This document shows positions 26,543 through 35,103 of a stretch of 64,000 nt of DNA, piece after piece; position 1 is the first letter of the stretch; every line of letters starts with the position of its first letter. This stretch comes from Flavobacteriaceae bacterium (GTDB lineage: Bacteria; Bacteroidota; Bacteroidia; Flavobacteriales; Flavobacteriaceae). The stretch lies in NCBI GenBank assembly GCA_029248405.1, contig JAQWJJ010000014.1, positions 49,661 to 113,660 on the forward strand, read 5' to 3'. A program made the translations under genes and the position numbers. The notes below the pieces were generated by a model, which saw only the letters and a list, made by a program, of their open reading frames with translations, had not been told where the DNA came from and did not search any database.

Positions 26543-27247
26543 ATGATACATTTATTCATGATCAAGCCAACACAAGAAAGCGTAGAGGCACTGGCCGATG
26601 AATCAGCCGAAAAAACCCTCTCTGTTTTTGAGCTCATCATGGGGGGCGGACTTGGTGGTCAGGTGATCATCGGGCTGCTTTTCATCTTACTACTTATCGC
26701 TATATATGTTTATTTTGAACGTTTGTGGGCCATTAAATCGGCAGGAAAAACAGACCCTAATTTCATGAGTCAGATCCGCACATCGGTCACCGCAGGTCAG
26801 ATTCAAGAGGCTAAGGATATCTGTAGCCGCCACCAAACGCCTGTTGCTCGTTTGACCCATAAAGGCATTTCCCGTATTGGCCACCCCTTAGAAGATATCA
26901 ATACAGCCATTGAAAACGCCGGCCGGCTCGAGGTTTATAAACTCGAAAAAAACGTCAGTCTTTTGGCGACCATAAGCGGTGCAGCACCCATGATTGGTTT
27001 TTTGGGTACTGTCATTGGAATGGTCTTGGCTTTCCATGAATTGGCCACCAGCAGTGGACAAGCGGAGATGGGGAGTCTTGCAGAGGGCATCTATACGGCA
27101 ATGACCACAACAGTTGCTGGCCTTATTGTGGGCATCATTGCTTATATGGGCTATAACCACTTAGTGGTCAAGACCGATAAGGTTGTTCACCAAATGGAGG
27201 CTACAGCTGTAGATTTCCTAGATTTACTCAATGAGCCTGCAACATGA
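26543..27247 (+). CDS. exbB: MotA/TolQ/ExbB proton-channel protein
   Basis: Three TM segments plus TISGAAPMIGFLGTVIGMV. An ATGA overlap joins it to the next gene. Confidence 0.85.
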   Translation: MIHLFMIKPTQESVEALADESAEKTLSVFELIMGGGLGGQVIIGLLFILLLIAIYVYFERLWAIKSAGKTDPNFMSQIRTSVTAGQIQEAKDICSRHQTPVARLTHKGISRIGHPLEDINTAIENAGRLEVYKLEKNVSLLATISGAAPMIGFLGTVIGMVLAFHELATSSGQAEMGSLAEGIYTAMTTTVAGLIVGIIAYMGYNHLVVKTDKVVHQMEATAVDFLDLLNEPAT

Positions 27248-27636
27248 ATTTGCGCGGCAGAAATAAAGTCAGTGCAGAATTCAGCATGAGTTCTATGACC
27301 GATATTGTATTCTTGCTTTTGGTGTTTTTTCTTTTGACATCACCGGCGATCACGCCTGATGCTTTAGACCTGCTTTTGCCCAAAGCTAAAGGTAAATCAA
27401 CACATCAGCAAAACGCTTCTGTCAGCATTACTAAAGAGGGGGCCTTTTATGTCAACAAGGAGCGGACTACAAAAAATGCCTTGGCAAGCGCTTTGAATAA
27501 AGTGTTTGCAGATGAAGCAGATCCCACTTTGATTTTGAGAGCAGAGCAAGGAGTGCCTATTGAACAAGCGGTGTTCGTTATGGACTTGGCCAATCAGAAG
27601 GGGTATCGAGTTGTATTGGCCGTAAAGCCCAATTAA
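27244..27636 (+). CDS. exbD: ExbD/TolR biopolymer transport protein
   Basis: Contains SMTDIVFLLLVFFLLT, then a periplasmic domain of the expected size (130 aa). Confidence 0.85.
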   Translation: MNLRGRNKVSAEFSMSSMTDIVFLLLVFFLLTSPAITPDALDLLLPKAKGKSTHQQNASVSITKEGAFYVNKERTTKNALASALNKVFADEADPTLILRAEQGVPIEQAVFVMDLANQKGYRVVLAVKPN

Positions 27637-27637
27637 T

Positions 27638-28465
27638 ATGACGTTTTTCAAAACCAAACATGAACGGCGTAGTTTATTGCTGACTTTATTGATTGGCATA
27701 GGAATTCTGATGCTGTTATTTTTGGTAGGGCTGAAATATATGGATCCGCCCATTGAGCGCGGTATCGCGATAGCTTTTGGTACAACTCAAGCGGGCGATG
27801 GACAGGCCTTGCCAGAATTAACCCAGGAACCCATAACTGAGATGGATCCCGTATCTGTCGCGCCTAATGAAGTGGTGCCGCAAGTGCAAGAAGTCTCTAC
27901 TCAAGACCTCTCTGACACTCCTGTGATCGATTCAGAGCCTGACACTACAGATCTTCAAGAGGCAGAACAAGAACAGGTCAAGGAGTTGCCAAAAGAGCAG
28001 GTTGAGCCCACTCCACCGAAGCCTGATGAAGCTACCTCGGACGCATTGGCAAGAATCCTTGCCGGGCGCAACAGACAAGAATCTAACGATACCGGATTAG
28101 GGTCAAATACGGTTAGCGGACAAGAGGGCGACCCCGAAGGAAATCCCGATAAATCATCCCTTTATGGATCTGGCTTGGGTCTGGATGGAGATGGCAATTA
28201 TTTGTTGGGTGGCCGCAGTGTCTTATACAAACAAATTTATGTTCAAGACTGTAATGAAGCGGGACGTGTAGTGGTCAGTATCGAAGTCAATCGTCAAGGA
28301 CAAGTGGTGCGCGCCCAGGCAGGTGTTCGCGGAACGACAAACAATTCAAAATGCTTACTGGTTCCGGCCAAGCGCGCCGCATTGGAGACACAGTTCAATC
28401 CCGATCCAGACGCACCAGCCATGCAAATTGGAAAAATCATTTACAATTTTCAACTTTCAGAGTAA
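27638..28465 (+). CDS. tonB: TonB-like energy transducer
   Basis: N-terminal TM anchor, a Pro/Glu-rich linker (KELPKEQVEPTPPKPDE), and a C-terminal GRVVVSIEVNRQGQVV...KIIYNF domain. It starts 1 nt after exbD. Confidence 0.65.
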   Translation: MTFFKTKHERRSLLLTLLIGIGILMLLFLVGLKYMDPPIERGIAIAFGTTQAGDGQALPELTQEPITEMDPVSVAPNEVVPQVQEVSTQDLSDTPVIDSEPDTTDLQEAEQEQVKELPKEQVEPTPPKPDEATSDALARILAGRNRQESNDTGLGSNTVSGQEGDPEGNPDKSSLYGSGLGLDGDGNYLLGGRSVLYKQIYVQDCNEAGRVVVSIEVNRQGQVVRAQAGVRGTTNNSKCLLVPAKRAALETQFNPDPDAPAMQIGKIIYNFQLSE

Positions 28466-28507
28466 GCGACTTTTAATTTGGGTATCTTTATTTTTTTTAA
28501 AGACCCA

Positions 28508-30985
28508 ATGATGAATAGACTTTTTTTACTTGCCCTTTTGATGATGCTGGCATCCTGCTCAAGCAAGAGCAATCAACAACATCTTTATGGCTTCGAGCCG
28601 GAACATAAACCATCAGATATCATGTTCATGCAGCGGTCATTTCCCACAGGAATGATTCGTGCTAAGGCGTATACTGCTGCGCTTAATTGGCGGCAACAAC
28701 AAAGAAGCACACAAGGCATCTGGGATTTTATAGGTCCAACAAACATTGGTGGTCGGGTGAGTGATATTGAAATAGCACCGGATGCACCTCAAACATATTA
28801 TATTGGTGCAGCCTCGGGAGGAGTGTTTAAAACGACCAATAGCGGTGCTCAATGGACCAGTATTTTTGACCAAGAAGGGTCGCTCTCTATTGGTGATATC
28901 GCCCTCTCACAGAATGACCCAGATTTGGTTTGGGTAGGTACTGGAGAAGTCAATGCTGGAGGGGGTTCTCTCGCTTACGATGGCGATGGCGTTTATGTGA
29001 GCAACGACGCAGGGACTTCATGGACCAATAAGGGACTTGAAGAGGTTGGTAGTATTGGAAAAATTGTATTAGATCCAGATAACGATCAAGTCATTTATGT
29101 CGGTGCTATGGGGCCATTGTTCAAAAATGATCCTAATAGAGGCGTCTATAAATCTGAGGATGGTGGCACTACTTGGGTACAATCTTTATTTGTTAGTGAT
29201 TCAACAGGTGTGGTCGATATGGCGATACATCCAACCAATGGAAATATTGTTTATGCGGCTAGTTGGGAGCGTATTCGGCGCCCTCAATACCGATCTTATG
29301 GTGGTGAGACTTCAGGCCTTTACCGTACTATTGACGGCGGGGTGACATGGGAATTATTGTCCAACGGCTTACCTCAGTTAGGGAGTCAAAAAGGGCGCAT
29401 CAGTATTGCTATTGCCCCATCTGACCCCCAAGTATTGTATGCCCGTTATGCCGATGCCATTGGAAATATTCAGGGGGTTTACCGCACAAGTGATGGCGGT
29501 GATAGTTGGGTTGCCATGACCTCTAATACACTCAATAATGTGGGTTTTCATTGGTGGTTTCGCGGTATTGTTGTCGATCCACAAGATGAAAATACTATTT
29601 ATAACATTGATTTTCAAGTGCAAAAATCAACTGATGGAGGCAATACTTGGTTTGGTGTCTTTAACAATGTTCATGTCGACCAACATGCCTTAGCCTTTGA
29701 TCCAACAGATCCTGAAAAAGTTGTTTTGGGCAACGACGGCGGTGTATATTTTAGTGCAAATGGGGGTGGTAACTGGACTAAAGACCAGACTTTGCCCATC
29801 ACACAGCTTTATCGTTGCTACGTTGATGCTAATAACGTTGATCGCGTTTATCTCGGCGCTCAGGATAATAGCACAATGCGCACCACTACTGGAAGTACTG
29901 ATGACTTCCAAATCATTTATGGAGGAGATGGTTTTCAACCATTGGTCGATCCCACAAATTCCTCTGTGATTTATGCACAGTATCAATATGGTAATATTGG
30001 GAAGTCAACAAACGATGGGGCCTCTTTTTTCTCGGCTACTGCCGGTATTTCTTCTGGTGATCGAAAAAATTGGGATACGCCATTGGTTTTTGACCCTCAA
30101 AATGCTCAAGTCCTATATACCGCCACACAAAGGGTTTATAAAACAGTCAATGCCGCACAAAACTGGGTGCCGATCAGTCCAGATTTGACCAACGGGCCTG
30201 GGGGAGGGAATTTGAATTATGGCACTGTTGTGGCTTTAGATGTTTCGCCCTTTAACGATCAAAAAATCATGGCGGGTACGGATGATGGCAATGTCTGGAT
30301 CACACAAGATGGCGGAGATAACTGGGTGCTCGTTTCGCAGGATCTGCCGCAAAGGTGGGTGACAAAAGTTTTGGCATCAAACACTCATCCAGGCACTCTA
30401 TATGCCACTTTTTCTGGCTATCGCTATGGCACCACTGAGGGTCATGTTTATGTCAGTACGGATAATGGCGCAAATTGGAGTGATTTGAGCAACAGTCTTC
30501 CTGATGTTCCTGTCAATGACATCGTTCAAGACAATGCAGGACGATTGTTTATTGCGACAGATATAGGTGTGCTGGGGTCTGCTAATGGAGGAATGAGCTG
30601 GACGCCGATCGGAGAAAACTTGCCGCCAGTGGTCGTGAATGACATGCATTTCCATGAGTCTTCACAACGGTTGTTTATCGCAACATATGGGCGCTCGAGT
30701 TATAGCATGGACTTGACTCAAGTCGTTTTGAGTCACATCGATGCCTCTGCGGTTGTGGCAACACTTTGGCCTAACCCAACGAGCGATGGTTTTTATGCGG
30801 ATCTTGGTGATGTGACACAAGAGGTGCTTCTGAAGATTTTTGACACCAGTGGTAGATTGATCAAAAGTGATCATCATCATAACGTACAAAACAAAGTGGA
30901 GACACGAGGGCTCCCAAGTGGACTTTATTTGGTTGAATTAAGGGCGAATGACCGCCGTATGGTGACCAAACTCGTGATTGAATAG
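28508..30985 (+). CDS. BNR/Asp-box (sortilin/VPS10-like) repeat protein with T9SS C-terminal sorting domain
   Basis: The ATG at 28508 gives MMNRLFLLALLMMLASCSS. There are about 12 Asp-box repeats (SxDxGxxW: SEDGGTTW, TSDGGDSW, STDGGNTW, TQDGGDNW...). The CTD reads LWPNPTSDGFY...GLYLVEL...KLVIE. Confidence 0.8.
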   Translation: MMNRLFLLALLMMLASCSSKSNQQHLYGFEPEHKPSDIMFMQRSFPTGMIRAKAYTAALNWRQQQRSTQGIWDFIGPTNIGGRVSDIEIAPDAPQTYYIGAASGGVFKTTNSGAQWTSIFDQEGSLSIGDIALSQNDPDLVWVGTGEVNAGGGSLAYDGDGVYVSNDAGTSWTNKGLEEVGSIGKIVLDPDNDQVIYVGAMGPLFKNDPNRGVYKSEDGGTTWVQSLFVSDSTGVVDMAIHPTNGNIVYAASWERIRRPQYRSYGGETSGLYRTIDGGVTWELLSNGLPQLGSQKGRISIAIAPSDPQVLYARYADAIGNIQGVYRTSDGGDSWVAMTSNTLNNVGFHWWFRGIVVDPQDENTIYNIDFQVQKSTDGGNTWFGVFNNVHVDQHALAFDPTDPEKVVLGNDGGVYFSANGGGNWTKDQTLPITQLYRCYVDANNVDRVYLGAQDNSTMRTTTGSTDDFQIIYGGDGFQPLVDPTNSSVIYAQYQYGNIGKSTNDGASFFSATAGISSGDRKNWDTPLVFDPQNAQVLYTATQRVYKTVNAAQNWVPISPDLTNGPGGGNLNYGTVVALDVSPFNDQKIMAGTDDGNVWITQDGGDNWVLVSQDLPQRWVTKVLASNTHPGTLYATFSGYRYGTTEGHVYVSTDNGANWSDLSNSLPDVPVNDIVQDNAGRLFIATDIGVLGSANGGMSWTPIGENLPPVVVNDMHFHESSQRLFIATYGRSSYSMDLTQVVLSHIDASAVVATLWPNPTSDGFYADLGDVTQEVLLKIFDTSGRLIKSDHHHNVQNKVETRGLPSGLYLVELRANDRRMVTKLVIE

Positions 30986-30987
30986 TC

Positions 30988-32217
30988 ATGATTGATCGCG
31001 TGTCAACATATGAACATACGCTGCATTGGTTGTATCAACAGCTGCCGATGTATCAACGCGTTGGTGCGCAAGCTTATAAGGCGGATTTAGAGAAGACCTG
31101 GGCCTTGGTCCAGTATCTCAATGATCCCCATAGATCATTGCGCACGATACACGTGGCTGGAACTAATGGAAAGGGATCTACAAGCCATATGTTGGCATCG
31201 ATTCTCCAAGAGGCGGGTTACCGTGTAGGCTTGTACACCTCTCCCCATTTAAAGGATTTTCGTGAGCGAATCCGCATCAATGGTGAGATGATTCCGAAAG
31301 ACATCGTCACAGATTTTGTGTGCACTCACCAAGAATTTTTCCAAAGCCATCAATTGTCATTTTTCGAGATGACAGTGGGGCTGGCATTGCAATATTTTAA
31401 AGATCAAGAGATCGATATTGCGGTGATTGAAGTAGGAATGGGTGGGCGATTGGACAGTACCAATATCATAAGTCCCGATCTGAGTGTCATCACGAATATT
31501 GGATATGATCATATGGCCTTTTTGGGGACGAGCTTGTCTGCTATTGCCTATGAAAAAGCGGGCATCATAAAGCCCGGAATTCCAGTAATAATTGGAGAAT
31601 CTCTGCCCGAAACTCGCCCTGTGTTTGAAGAGGTGGCACAAAAAAATAATGCGCCAATTATTTATTGTGGTCATGAAGAAGCGCCCTATCTCATGGATCT
31701 GAAAGGTGATTACCAAAGAACAAATCAACGGACCGTATTGAGCGCCATCGAACAATTAAATAAAATGGATTGGTGCATTGAACAAGAGCACGTGAAATCT
31801 GGTTTGGCAAAGGTCGTGACCAACACTCATCTGCTTGGTCGGTGGCAGAAACTGAATGAAAATCCAATAATAATTTGTGACACGGCGCATAATGCTCATG
31901 GATTGAAAATAACCATGGCACAGCTCCGCGGAGAACAATACAATGACTTGCATGTGGTCATAGGTTTTGTAAATGACAAGGATCTGCATCATCTATTGAC
32001 ATTGATGCCAAAGGAGGCTTATTATTATTTTTGCGCTCCTGATTCACCGCGCGCGTTGCCCCCCATAGAACTGGCCAAAGCGGGGGCTCAGATAGGCCTC
32101 AAGGGTGAGGTTTATTCAAGTGTTGAATTGGCTTTGTCTGCAGCAAAAATGGCCGCTGGGGACGGTGATTTTATTTATGTAGGCGGCAGTACATTTGTTG
32201 TTGCTGAAGTTTTGTAG
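30988..32217 (+). CDS. folC: bifunctional folylpolyglutamate synthase / dihydrofolate synthase
   Basis: Contains the P-loop HVAGTNGKGST and the Mur-ligase-family core EVGMGGRLD. Confidence 0.9.
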   Translation: MIDRVSTYEHTLHWLYQQLPMYQRVGAQAYKADLEKTWALVQYLNDPHRSLRTIHVAGTNGKGSTSHMLASILQEAGYRVGLYTSPHLKDFRERIRINGEMIPKDIVTDFVCTHQEFFQSHQLSFFEMTVGLALQYFKDQEIDIAVIEVGMGGRLDSTNIISPDLSVITNIGYDHMAFLGTSLSAIAYEKAGIIKPGIPVIIGESLPETRPVFEEVAQKNNAPIIYCGHEEAPYLMDLKGDYQRTNQRTVLSAIEQLNKMDWCIEQEHVKSGLAKVVTNTHLLGRWQKLNENPIIICDTAHNAHGLKITMAQLRGEQYNDLHVVIGFVNDKDLHHLLTLMPKEAYYYFCAPDSPRALPPIELAKAGAQIGLKGEVYSSVELALSAAKMAAGDGDFIYVGGSTFVVAEVL

Positions 32218-32257
32218 TTTTTTAAAGTTTTTTATTGGTGAGTTATAAAAACTAATT

Positions 32258-32265
32258 TATATTTG
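32258..32265 (+). promoter_or_regulatory. candidate -7 box TATATTTG for tRNA-Val(TAC)
   Basis: Matches TAnnTTTG, with a TTG 20 nt upstream (32235..32237) and the tRNA starting 33 nt downstream. Confidence 0.35.
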
Positions 32266-32297
32266 CAGCCGCTTTGATGCCCAATAGTGGTATTAAA

Positions 32298-32372
32298 GGG
32301 CGCTTAGCTCAGTTGGTTCAGAGCACCTCGTTTACACCGAGGGGGTCGGGGGTTCGAATCCCTCAGCGCCCA
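32298..32372 (+). tRNA. tRNA-Val (anticodon TAC)
   Basis: I folded the cloverleaf by hand: acceptor GGGCGCT/AGCGCCC, D stem GCTC/GAGC, anticodon stem CCTCG/CGAGG with loop TTTACAC, T arm GGGGG-TTCGAAT-CCCTC. CCA is not encoded. Confidence 0.9.
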
Positions 32373-32380
32373 CAAAGTAA

Positions 32381-32407
32381 AACTCACTTTTTAAGTGGGT
32401 TTTTTTT
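32381..32407 (+). terminator. rho-independent terminator after tRNA-Val(TAC)
   Basis: Stem CTCACTT/AAGTGGG (one G-U pair), a 3-nt loop, then a T-run at 32400..32407. Confidence 0.75.
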
Positions 32408-32463
32408 GTGGCTTATTTTGGCAAAGTGGCCTTGAGCAATTGGGTCAACAAACCGTAATGTTT

Positions 32464-32700
32464 TCATGACAGTAGCGCGCCCTTTTTGCTTGTCCTATCC
32501 TGTGCGTAGTTCAATAGAAAAAAGTTTTCGCGATCTGCTTTGGCCATGCCCTGAGTCTGATCGACAAATTCGTTGCGCTGTTCACGAGACACAAACGTCC
32601 AAACGCAGAAACTATCTTTGCTGTGATAAATCGCTTTGCACTCGTCGTCTATAGCGTTAAGTTCTTCTGGCACGTCTGTTTTAATACAATACATCATCAT
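32464..32700 (-). CDS. hypothetical 78-aa protein between the two tRNA-Val genes (coding status uncertain)
   Basis: It is the only ORF in the 485-nt spacer and starts ATGATGATG. I recognise no motif. Confidence 0.3.
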   Translation of the reverse strand: MMMYCIKTDVPEELNAIDDECKAIYHSKDSFCVWTFVSREQRNEFVDQTQGMAKADRENFFLLNYAQDRTSKKGALLS

Positions 32701-32836
32701 GCGAATGGACAGAATGGTTGGTCCTCATTCTGAATACTGTCAAAAGTAGAAAAATTTGATGACTGAAGGTGTGATTATCTTGCGTCAATTCGTTGAATAA
32801 AGCCCATAAAAATTGCATATGTCTTTCTAATTTAAT

Positions 32837-32844
32837 TATTTTTG
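32837..32844 (+). promoter_or_regulatory. candidate -7 box TATTTTTG for tRNA-Val(GAC)
   Basis: Matches TAnnTTTG, with a TTG 21 nt upstream (32813..32815) and the tRNA starting 14 nt downstream. Confidence 0.3.
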
Positions 32845-32857
32845 TGGGCCTAATAAA

Positions 32858-32932
32858 GGGTCATTAACTCAGTTGGTTCAGAGTGTTACCTTGACAGGGT
32901 AGAAGTCACTGGTTCGAATCCAGTATGACCCA
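32858..32932 (+). tRNA. tRNA-Val (anticodon GAC)
   Basis: Cloverleaf folded by hand: acceptor GGGTCAT/ATGACCC, D stem ACTC/GAGT, anticodon stem TTACC/GGTAG with loop TTGACAG, T arm ACTGG-TTCGAAT-CCAGT. Confidence 0.9.
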
Positions 32933-32936
32933 CAGG

Positions 32937-32978
32937 AGCGGAACTCGACTCATTTTGAGTGTGCGTTCCGCTTTTTTT
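32937..32978 (+). terminator. rho-independent terminator after tRNA-Val(GAC)
   Basis: The 8-bp outer stem AGCGGAAC/GTTCCGCT and inner stem ACTCA/TGAGT are followed by a T-run at 32972..32978. Confidence 0.8.
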
Positions 32979-32998
32979 ATCTATTTAATTGCTGGTTC

Positions 32999-33154
32999 AT
33001 GAAAAAGCTTAAAAATTTTGGTATTGCTCTAGGTATTTTTGGTTGTTTGTTTAAGTTGATGTCCTGGCAGGGCGCGACCCTTTTGCTGACTATTGGCCTC
33101 TCTTCTTTAGGGGTGTATTATCTGATTAGGATCTTCGAAAAAGACCCGCAGTAG
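32999..33154 (+). CDS. small two-TM membrane protein (51 aa, below track cutoff)
   Basis: My translation is MKKLKNFGIALGIFGCLFKLMSWQGATLLLTIGLSSLGVYYLIRIFEKDPQ. The LFK(L/I)M.W.GA string resembles the TM-hairpin motif of the GldL N-terminus and related Bacteroidota membrane proteins, as I remember them. Confidence 0.45.
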   Translation: MKKLKNFGIALGIFGCLFKLMSWQGATLLLTIGLSSLGVYYLIRIFEKDPQ

Positions 33155-33322
33155 TGGACGCACGCCAAGTGGTTTTGGCACGACCTTGATTCCAACGACT
33201 CAAATTGCCTGTTCTATCGTTTAAAACATTATGTTTGTATGATTGCGCTTCCTGTGAGTCCGTCAATTAATGTTTTTCTTCGCAGGATAATGAAGGATTC
33301 ACCTTGGTTAATCATCCATACT

Positions 33323-35065
33323 ATGAAATTTAACATTGCATTATTGTTGTGCTTATCCTTCGCGATCAATCACGCTCAGTCTTTCCCTATCGATTTTGAA
33401 GATCCACTTGATGCCAATACTATCGGTGCCGATGGTGGCGTTTTTAATGTGATACCAGATCCCGATGATCCGACGCAAAATGTCGGAGAATTTACACCAT
33501 GCTGTCAAGACTTCAGTAATATGCAGTTGTCATTAGGTCAAAACATTGACTTATCAGACGACAATAATAACACCATAACCTTCCGCATAAAACCCCAATT
33601 TGGTACTGGAACTAACGGCCAAGCGCCTGGGCAACACTTACTCAAGTTCGAGCAAGGAACCACAGGAGATGTCGCCTATGCGTTTACTACCCAAGGTACT
33701 GATTGGCAACTGATCACCGCAGATTTTGGTCCGGGATTAGGGAATTACAACAAATTGGTCTTGATTCCAGATGCGTTCCAGTCCGCACTCAACGACACCT
33801 ATCTTGTCGATGATTTTTCGGGAGGCACCAACTTTGTCCCTCCAGTGGTTGTGCTGCCTTTTGACTTTAGTGATCCGGATCATATTTTTCAAGGTGCTGG
33901 ATCAGTCGTCAGTATGGAGGTTGATCCAGATGACCCAACAAATGATGTGATGCAGATTATAGTGGGTGCTGGTCCAATGGATAATGCCTATATAGATTTG
34001 AGCCAAATGGTGGATTTGTCTGATGATGCAAATAACACTATCTCCTTTCGCATGAAGCCAATCAACGGTACAGGGAGCAATACGCACCAATTTAGGGTAG
34101 AGGCGGGGACTTCCAATCCTCTAGACCTTTCAATAGATTTCGTGACCAATGGCACCACCAATTGGCAAAATATCGCTATTGATTTTCCATCTGGGTTAGG
34201 TAATTATGGGAGGTTGGTCATCATACCTGATGCAAACAACACCGCTGTTGATACCTATCTGATTGATGATTTGATGGGTGGGACTAACTTCATGCCGCCC
34301 TCTGATCCTGAAGAGCCTGCGCCTGATCCAAATACCCCAGATGCTGAAGTTTTGAGTATTTACAGTGACACAGGGGGATTCACTAATGTTTGGACGCCAG
34401 ATTACTCTTTTGGCGCCTATGACTTGGAAGCGGATTTAGATCCAAGCAGCACAGAGAATTTTGCCATCAAGATGGATTTTGGCGTACAGGGATATGGACA
34501 GGGTACGGATGGCGTCACTGATATTTCAAACTATAACTATTTGCATTTAGATTACTATACGGGTTATGCCACACAAATGAGGATTATTCTTATTGAAAAT
34601 GACGGAGGTAGTGTTAATGAGTACTATTACGAATTACCGACCAACGAGCCGTTTAACTATGAATCATGGACTAGTGTGGACCTGGATTTATCCTTTTTTG
34701 AAAACCAGGGATTCAGTAAGGAGTTCTTTTTTCAATATAAAATAGGCACAGAATCAAATCTCACCCCAGGGATTGTATGGTATGACAATCTGTATTTTCA
34801 CCAAAATGTCTTAGGAATTGGTCAGATCAATCGCGATAAAATCACGGTCTCTCCTAATCCAACTAATGGTTTTTGGCAGATAAAAAGCCAAAATCATCTC
34901 CTCGGGTCTATAGAAGTCTATGACGTGCTAGGCAAGCTGGTCAGTAGTTTGCGCCTTCATGATGCTGAGGCGATTATAAGTGCTGAAGGCTTGACGGCGG
35001 GACTGTACTTTGCACATATTAGAACCGAAGGCGGGACGCACATCCAAAAGCTATTGAAGAATTAA
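33323..35065 (+). CDS. T9SS-secreted protein with two tandem ~150-aa modules, a CBM-like domain and a C-terminal sorting domain
   Basis: The ATG at 33323 gives MKFNIALLLCLSFAINHAQS. Modules are duplicated (see repeat feature). The region VLSIYSDTGGFTNVW...YLHLDYY resembles glycan-binding modules of marine flavobacteria. The CTD reads VSPNPTNGFWQI...GLYFAHI...KLLKN. Confidence 0.8.
   Translation: MKFNIALLLCLSFAINHAQSFPIDFEDPLDANTIGADGGVFNVIPDPDDPTQNVGEFTPCCQDFSNMQLSLGQNIDLSDDNNNTITFRIKPQFGTGTNGQAPGQHLLKFEQGTTGDVAYAFTTQGTDWQLITADFGPGLGNYNKLVLIPDAFQSALNDTYLVDDFSGGTNFVPPVVVLPFDFSDPDHIFQGAGSVVSMEVDPDDPTNDVMQIIVGAGPMDNAYIDLSQMVDLSDDANNTISFRMKPINGTGSNTHQFRVEAGTSNPLDLSIDFVTNGTTNWQNIAIDFPSGLGNYGRLVIIPDANNTAVDTYLIDDLMGGTNFMPPSDPEEPAPDPNTPDAEVLSIYSDTGGFTNVWTPDYSFGAYDLEADLDPSSTENFAIKMDFGVQGYGQGTDGVTDISNYNYLHLDYYTGYATQMRIILIENDGGSVNEYYYELPTNEPFNYESWTSVDLDLSFFENQGFSKEFFFQYKIGTESNLTPGIVWYDNLYFHQNVLGIGQINRDKITVSPNPTNGFWQIKSQNHLLGSIEVYDVLGKLVSSLRLHDAEAIISAEGLTAGLYFAHIRTEGGTHIQKLLKN
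33383..34300 (+). repeat. intragenic tandem duplication (protein-level), copies 33383..33844 and 33854..34300
   Basis: The two copies align on shared strings. Copy 1: FPIDFEDP..DPDDPTQNV..IDLSDDNNNTITFRIKP..GTG..DWQLITADFGPGLGNYNKLVLIPDA..TYLVDDFSGGTNFVPP. Copy 2: LPFDFSDP..DPDDPTNDV..VDLSDDANNTISFRMKP..GTG..NWQNIAIDFPSGLGNYGRLVIIPDA..TYLIDDLMGGTNFMPP. Confidence 0.8.
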
Positions 35066-35103
35066 TGATAAAAAAAAGTGTCGCGAAGACATCTTTTTTA
35101 TCA

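Noticed and set aside
32298-32932. tRNA-flanked genomic islet
   Set aside because: The two tRNAs are different Val isoacceptors, not a duplicated att site. There is no integrase, and the spacer is only 485 nt.
35077-35094. Bidirectional terminator between the T9SS cargo gene and murF
   Set aside because: Only a 4-5 bp stem (TGTC/GACA) sits between an A-run and a T-run. This is too weak to call with confidence.
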